Shown here: piece after piece, positions 25,843 through 32,000 of the stretch | How positions within the stretch are numbered: the stretch's first letter is position 1 | How the letters are laid out: every line of letters starts with the position of its first letter | Origin: Opitutales bacterium | GTDB taxonomy: Bacteria > Verrucomicrobiota > Verrucomicrobiia > Opitutales > Coraliomargaritaceae | Length of the DNA stretch: 32,000 nucleotides | NCBI GenBank assembly: GCA_049606355.1 | Contig: JBMYVL010000008.1 | Coordinates: forward strand, 30,001 to 62,000 | Direction: 5' to 3' | Position numbers and translations under genes: made by a program | The notes under the pieces: model-generated | What the model saw: only the letters and a program-made list of their open reading frames with translations | The model's database searches: none | What the model was told of the DNA's origin: nothing

Positions 25843-26394
25843 ATGGCTAAGACAAAAGTTCTCGAACGCAAGCCGCTCTCATTTGCGGAGAAGACCTTTT
25901 TACCGCAAATTGCAACGGGTCTGAAGACGACCTTGAGTAATATGCTGAAGAAGCCGATTACCTTGCAGTACCCTGAAGAGCGGCCGGTGATACCGGACGA
26001 CTATCGTGGAGTCCCGACGCTGGTCAAAGACCCACACGGTCGTGAAAAATGCGTGTCCTGTCAGTTATGTGAATTCGTCTGCCCGCCGAAAGCAATACGC
26101 ATCACTCCGGGGGAGGTCGATGTCGACGCTGAGCCGGAGCGCGCCCATGTGGAGAAGGCGCCGAAGGAGTTCGACATCAATATGCTGCGCTGTATTTATT
26201 GCGGGCTCTGCCAGGAAGTCTGTCCGGAGGAAGCGATTTTCTTACAGGATGTTTTCTCGCTCTCCGGCTACAGCCGTGAAGAGATGATTAACAACAAAGC
26301 TAAACTTTACGAACTTGGCGGGACTTTACCGGATCAGCACTTTAAGTGGGACAAGAAGAAGTCTGCGGAAGTCCGCGGAAACCCTCATCATTAA
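25843..26394 (+). CDS. nuoI: NADH-quinone oxidoreductase subunit I
   Basis: Two ferredoxin-type motifs, CVSCQLCEFVCP and CIYCGLCQEVCP, plus LQYPEE near the N-terminus. Confidence 0.93.
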   Translation: MAKTKVLERKPLSFAEKTFLPQIATGLKTTLSNMLKKPITLQYPEERPVIPDDYRGVPTLVKDPHGREKCVSCQLCEFVCPPKAIRITPGEVDVDAEPERAHVEKAPKEFDINMLRCIYCGLCQEVCPEEAIFLQDVFSLSGYSREEMINNKAKLYELGGTLPDQHFKWDKKKSAEVRGNPHH

Positions 26395-26401
26395 TTTTCA
26401 C

Positions 26402-26983
26402 ATGCTCGACATCCTCTTTTATGTTTTTTCAGCACTCACGCTGATAACGGCACTGCTAATGGTGATTAGTCCGAATGCAGTGAACGGTGCCATGTGTATG
26501 ATTGCTGCCTTTGTTGGCACCGCAGCTTTGTTTGTTTTGTTGGAAGCCTATTTCTTGGCGATTTTGCAGGTACTGGTATACGCCGGTGCTGTGATGGTGT
26601 TGTTTTTATTCATCATTATGCTGCTCAATGTTGAGAAAGGGGAGCGTGCGATCAGCAAACAGAGAGGGTCGATCCTCACCGCGGTGATTAGTTTGGTGCT
26701 TCTCTGCGGATTGATGGTGACCGCTTTTTCGGGTGCGCATTTGCCTGAGCCAGAATTGCTCGCGGTTACAGCCAATCCTGAAGGTGAGCTGACCGATACA
26801 ATTCCATTCACGACATCCGCTAAATCTTTTGGCTACAGTCTGTTTTCAAAGTACATGCTGCCGTTTCAAGTGACTGGCTTCTTACTTCTTTCCGGAATGA
26901 TCGGAGTGATTGTCATCAGTAAGAAATCGGCCGAGCAATTGGAAGCGGAAGCGTTAACCACTAAGAAAGGCGACACCCTATGA
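26402..26983 (+). CDS. nuoJ: NADH-quinone oxidoreductase subunit J
   Basis: [56 protein letters not shown], the typical NuoJ N-terminal half. ATG 26402 avoids the overlap with nuoI that the track's start at 26315 implies. Confidence 0.88.
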   Translation: MLDILFYVFSALTLITALLMVISPNAVNGAMCMIAAFVGTAALFVLLEAYFLAILQVLVYAGAVMVLFLFIIMLLNVEKGERAISKQRGSILTAVISLVLLCGLMVTAFSGAHLPEPELLAVTANPEGELTDTIPFTTSAKSFGYSLFSKYMLPFQVTGFLLLSGMIGVIVISKKSAEQLEAEALTTKKGDTL

Positions 26984-27285
26984 CTGTTGGTCTCAATGCA
27001 TTTCTGTTAGTTTCCGGCTTACTCTTCGCCATCGGCCTGTTTGGGGTCATTTTGCGTAAAAATACACTGGTGATTTATATGTCGCTGGAGTTGATGCTTA
27101 ATGCTGTGAATTTAGCGCTGGTCGCATTTTCACGTTACAACGGTACCATGGACGGCAATCTCTTTGTCTTCTTCATCATCACGGTAGCGGCCGCCGAAGT
27201 TGCCGTCGGTCTGGCAATCGTCGTCGCGCTCTACCGTCGTCGTCAGTCGGTGATGGTGGATCAACTCAATGTTCTCAGTCGCTAG
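26980..27285 (+). CDS. nuoK: NADH-quinone oxidoreductase subunit K
   Basis: 101 aa with three TM helices. Contains [17 protein letters not shown] and [19 protein letters not shown] (conserved Glu residues). It shares an ATGA overlap with nuoJ. Confidence 0.92.
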   Translation: MTVGLNAFLLVSGLLFAIGLFGVILRKNTLVIYMSLELMLNAVNLALVAFSRYNGTMDGNLFVFFIITVAAAEVAVGLAIVVALYRRRQSVMVDQLNVLSR

Positions 27286-27289
27286 TACT

Positions 27290-29140
27290 ATGACTGCTGC
27301 TCAAACACTCATTGCACTGCTTTGCACTCCGTTGGTATCGGCTGTGTTGATTACTTTCTTCCTGCGCCGTGCGGGCGTACTCGCCTCTTATTTGTCCGTC
27401 GCCGCAGCGGGCTCAATTTGTATCTTCAGCTTTCAGGCGATCCATCATTTAGATGGGTCGACCCTTCATGCGTCATGGGATTGGCTGCGCCTCGGCGGAT
27501 TTGAAGTGCAGATGGGTTTTCTTTTTGATGATGTCGCCGCGACGATGCTGGCGATGGTGGCATTTGTCGGCTTCCTGATCCACGTCTTTAGTTTGGGCTA
27601 CATGAAGGCGGATCAAGCGAGAGCGCGCTTCTTCGGCGGGCTGTCCATTTTCATGTTTTCGATGTTGGGCATCATCCTTGCCGACAACTTAATCATGATC
27701 TTCGTGTTCTGGGAGCTGGTTGGCTTCAGCTCCTACATGTTGATTGGTCATTATCTTGAAACCAATGAAGCAAAGGCGGCATCGAAAAAGGCATTTATCG
27801 TCAATCGGATCGGCGACCTCGGCTTTTTGGTCGGTATTGTTTATGCCTACTGGCATTTTGGGACTGTAAACCTCACTGAACTCGAAGCATTGGTTCGGGC
27901 GCAGCCTAATCTGATCCATGCGACGATCGCCGCCTGCCTGATGTGTGGGTTTATCGGTAAGTCTGCGCAGTTCCCGCTACACGTATGGCTGCCGGATGCC
28001 ATGGCCGGACCGACTCCGGTCTCAGCTCTGATCCACGCGGCAACGATGGTAGCTGCCGGGGTCTACTTCTTGATCCGAATCGTATTCCTGTTTCCGGTCG
28101 AAGTACTCGATTTCATTACTTACCTTGGTACGGCTGTGGCAGTTTATGCCGGATTCTGCGCCTACGCACAAAAAGACATCAAGAAGATCCTTGCCTATTC
28201 AACACTGTCACAGCTCGGCTACATGGCAGCGGCTTTTGGTTTGGGCTATCCGGGAATAGCGCTGTTTCATCTGATCACCCATGCCTTCTTTAAGGCCCTG
28301 CTATTTCTTGGCGCTGGATCCGTTATCCATGGCTGCCATCACGAGCAGGACATTTTCAAAATGGGCGGCTTGTTGAAGCGCATGCCGATCACATCCATCA
28401 CATTTGCAATCGGTCTGTTGGCGCTCTGTGGTGTTTATGGGCTCGCGGGATTCTATTCGAAGGATGCAATCTTGGTGGCCGGTGGCCTTGCGCAAACACC
28501 CATTTTTGTACTGTTGACGCTGGGAGCGTTTCTGACGGCAGGTTATATGGGCCGTCTCTTTTGGATTACATTCCTGGGTGAACCGAAGTCAGAAGCCGCG
28601 TCGCATGCGAAAGAAAGCCCCCTGACTCTGTTGCTGCCATTGGTCATACTGGCGGGACTTTCAGTGGTAGGGGGTCTGTTGGACTTGTGGCCTGAGTCAC
28701 TCGGCGGAATCATTCGAGCCGATCTGGATCATTTACACCATGTTGCAGGGCATGATGCCATGCATCATTTGGTTCTAAAACTGGGATCGGCTGCCTGGGT
28801 GGTCGGTTTACTGGGCTCCTTGTTTTTCTATGGGGCCGGCGCCCGCGACGATCGTCTCGAGAAAAAAATGGGTCCCGTGTACGCATTCCTAAGCTCAAAG
28901 CTTTGGTTTGACGAAATCTACGATTATTACGTGGCGAAGGTACAGCAGCGTTTCGCCAGTCTGTTGAGCTTCCTTGATTTGTTCGTAATCAAAGGGGTGC
29001 TCGTGAGAGGCAGCGCTGGTATTATTGGTTTAATGGGCCTGTGCGCACGTTCGCTGCACGTTGGCAATTTGCACAGTTATGTGTACTGGTTTCTGGGAGG
29101 TTTACTTCTGTTATGGGCCGCAGCCCTCGGTCTCTTCTAA
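27290..29140 (+). CDS. nuoL: NADH-quinone oxidoreductase subunit L
   Basis: FWELVGFSSYMLIGH, AFIVNRIGDLGF, GKSAQFPLHVWLPDAMAGPTPVSALIHAATMVAAGVY and AYSTLSQLGYM (Mrp-antiporter-like subunit), with a long C-terminal extension. The start is ATG 27290 or 27269. Confidence 0.92.
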   Translation: MTAAQTLIALLCTPLVSAVLITFFLRRAGVLASYLSVAAAGSICIFSFQAIHHLDGSTLHASWDWLRLGGFEVQMGFLFDDVAATMLAMVAFVGFLIHVFSLGYMKADQARARFFGGLSIFMFSMLGIILADNLIMIFVFWELVGFSSYMLIGHYLETNEAKAASKKAFIVNRIGDLGFLVGIVYAYWHFGTVNLTELEALVRAQPNLIHATIAACLMCGFIGKSAQFPLHVWLPDAMAGPTPVSALIHAATMVAAGVYFLIRIVFLFPVEVLDFITYLGTAVAVYAGFCAYAQKDIKKILAYSTLSQLGYMAAAFGLGYPGIALFHLITHAFFKALLFLGAGSVIHGCHHEQDIFKMGGLLKRMPITSITFAIGLLALCGVYGLAGFYSKDAILVAGGLAQTPIFVLLTLGAFLTAGYMGRLFWITFLGEPKSEAASHAKESPLTLLLPLVILAGLSVVGGLLDLWPESLGGIIRADLDHLHHVAGHDAMHHLVLKLGSAAWVVGLLGSLFFYGAGARDDRLEKKMGPVYAFLSSKLWFDEIYDYYVAKVQQRFASLLSFLDLFVIKGVLVRGSAGIIGLMGLCARSLHVGNLHSYVYWFLGGLLLLWAAALGLF

Positions 29141-29167
29141 GTACGCGAACACTCACTTTTAGTTATC

Positions 29168-30750
<1,583 letters not shown>

Positions 30751-30751
<1 letters not shown>

Positions 30752-32000
30752 TGAATGAGTTGCTGACTGAATTTTTGCGTGGATATACCGCCAGTAATGA
30801 CTGGTTGGCAATCTTGCCGGAGGTGCTCCTGGCTTTACTCGCACTTGCACTGCTGCTGGCCGAAATGATCCTACCCAAAGAGCAACGCGGCTGGATTTTC
30901 CGCATTTCGATTGTAGGTCAGTTGAGCCTACTTGCATGGATTGTTGGTACTTGTGGCGGTTCTTGCGGCGCGAGTTCGGGCGCCCTGTTTGGAGGGCTCA
31001 TTCAACAGACCGATACTGTGCAATGGATGCGTGGCTTTTTTGTTTTGAGTGCTCTATTGGTCACTTATCTGGGGCAGATTTATCTTTCGAAGCATACTTT
31101 AGCACGCACAGAGTTTTATCATTTAGTGCTTATTGTGGCGGCAGGGATGATGTTACTCGTGCAGAGTAGCCATTTTGTGATGCTCTTTGTTGCACTGGAA
31201 ACAGTAACCGTGGCGTTCTATGTGTTAGTTGCCTATGGGCGTACCAGTTCGCTTTCACTGGAAGCAGGTTTAAAGTATTTGATTCTGGGCGCGATGAGTT
31301 CAGCAATTTTGCTGTTTGGTATCGTTCTGTTGTACGGTGTAGCGGGTAACCCCGGCCTGGAGGGTGCGACAGGCGATGGGTTGAACTTCACCCAACTCCA
31401 AGCCTTTATTGAGTTAAATGCTGCGAATCTCTTGGTGCAACTGGGCGCCTTGTTGGTGCTGGCGGGTATCTTTTTTAAAATTGGTGCAGTTCCTTTTCAA
31501 ATCTGGGTTCCCGATGTCTATCAAGGAGCACCCACTCCAGTAACTGCCTATTTGGCGGTGGCCTCCAAGGCCGCTGGATTCAGTGTCCTGCTGGTTTTGG
31601 TGAATGGGCCTTTTGTTGCTCTGCGCGACTTGTTAATTCCGGTGTTGTCCGTAATTGCTGGCGTGACAATTTTGTTCGGCAACATCGCGGCCACGTGTCA
31701 GCGCAACGTGAAACGACTGATGGGACTTTCCGGAATCGCGCACGCGGGCTATTTACTTGTAGGGGTGGTGGCCTCACTAACGATACCGTGGGCATACGAA
31801 GCAGTCTTATTTTACCTCTTCGCTTATTTAGTCGCGTCCTTCGCCGTGTTTGGGGTCATGTCTGTTGCGGCAGGCAAGGTGGATGCCAATCAGGAACTCG
31901 ATGATTATCGAAGTTTCGCGCGAGCACAGCCTTTTCTAGGTGGAGTGCTTGCAGTCGGTGTGGGCTCTTTGGCCGGTATTCCGCCATTGGGTGGCTTTAT
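30751..32000 (+). CDS. nuoN: NADH-quinone oxidoreductase subunit N, C-terminus cut by the window edge
   Basis: Absent from the ORF track because it is open at the edge. ATG 30751 overlaps the nuoM TAA (TAATG). My translation gives MNELLTEFLRGYTASNDWLAILPEVLLALLALA..FVALETVTVAFYVLVAY..GLKYLILGAMSSAILLFG..FKIGAVPFQIWVPDVYQGAPTPVTAYLAVASKAAGF..GLSGIAHAGYLL, a typical NuoN. Confidence 0.9.

Overview
This window looks like core chromosome from a moderately GC-rich diderm bacterium. I cannot assign a taxon without a database search. I see no transposase, integrase, CRISPR array, toxin-antitoxin pair or recognisable defence genes, so I do not claim a novel system.

Gene order, left to right:
- A 3'-truncated Sua5/TsaC gene (-) and a stand-alone rpsR (-).
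- tRNA-Arg(CCT).
- A four-gene envelope cluster (+): a secreted ~880-aa TPR protein, ExbB/TolQ-like, ExbD/TolR-like, and a divergent TonB-like membrane anchor.
- dCMP deaminase and a YqgE/AlgH-family protein.
- An rpmJ-rpmE pair in which both proteins are the cysteine-less paralog type. The 41-aa rpmJ is below the ORF-track cutoff.
- ComEC without an MBL domain (-), divergent from rarA (+).
- A DUF360/holin-4_2 membrane protein, lpdA, and an orphan beta-CASP MBL exonuclease.
- tRNA-Arg(CCG).
- Two tandem amt-glnK pairs. The first sits behind a textbook sigma-54 promoter.
- A cysteine-less FmdB-like small protein (-).
- A contiguous nuoBCDEFGHIJKLMN complex I operon that starts without nuoA and runs off the right edge.

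The least-explained part is the TPR/ExbB/ExbD/TonB-like cluster at 1454-6058. Other points worth a second look are the missing nuoA, the zinc-independent-type L36/L31 pair, the orphan exonuclease and the Cys-less FmdB-like protein. Most long antisense or alternate-frame ORFs in the track are GC-driven shadow ORFs.
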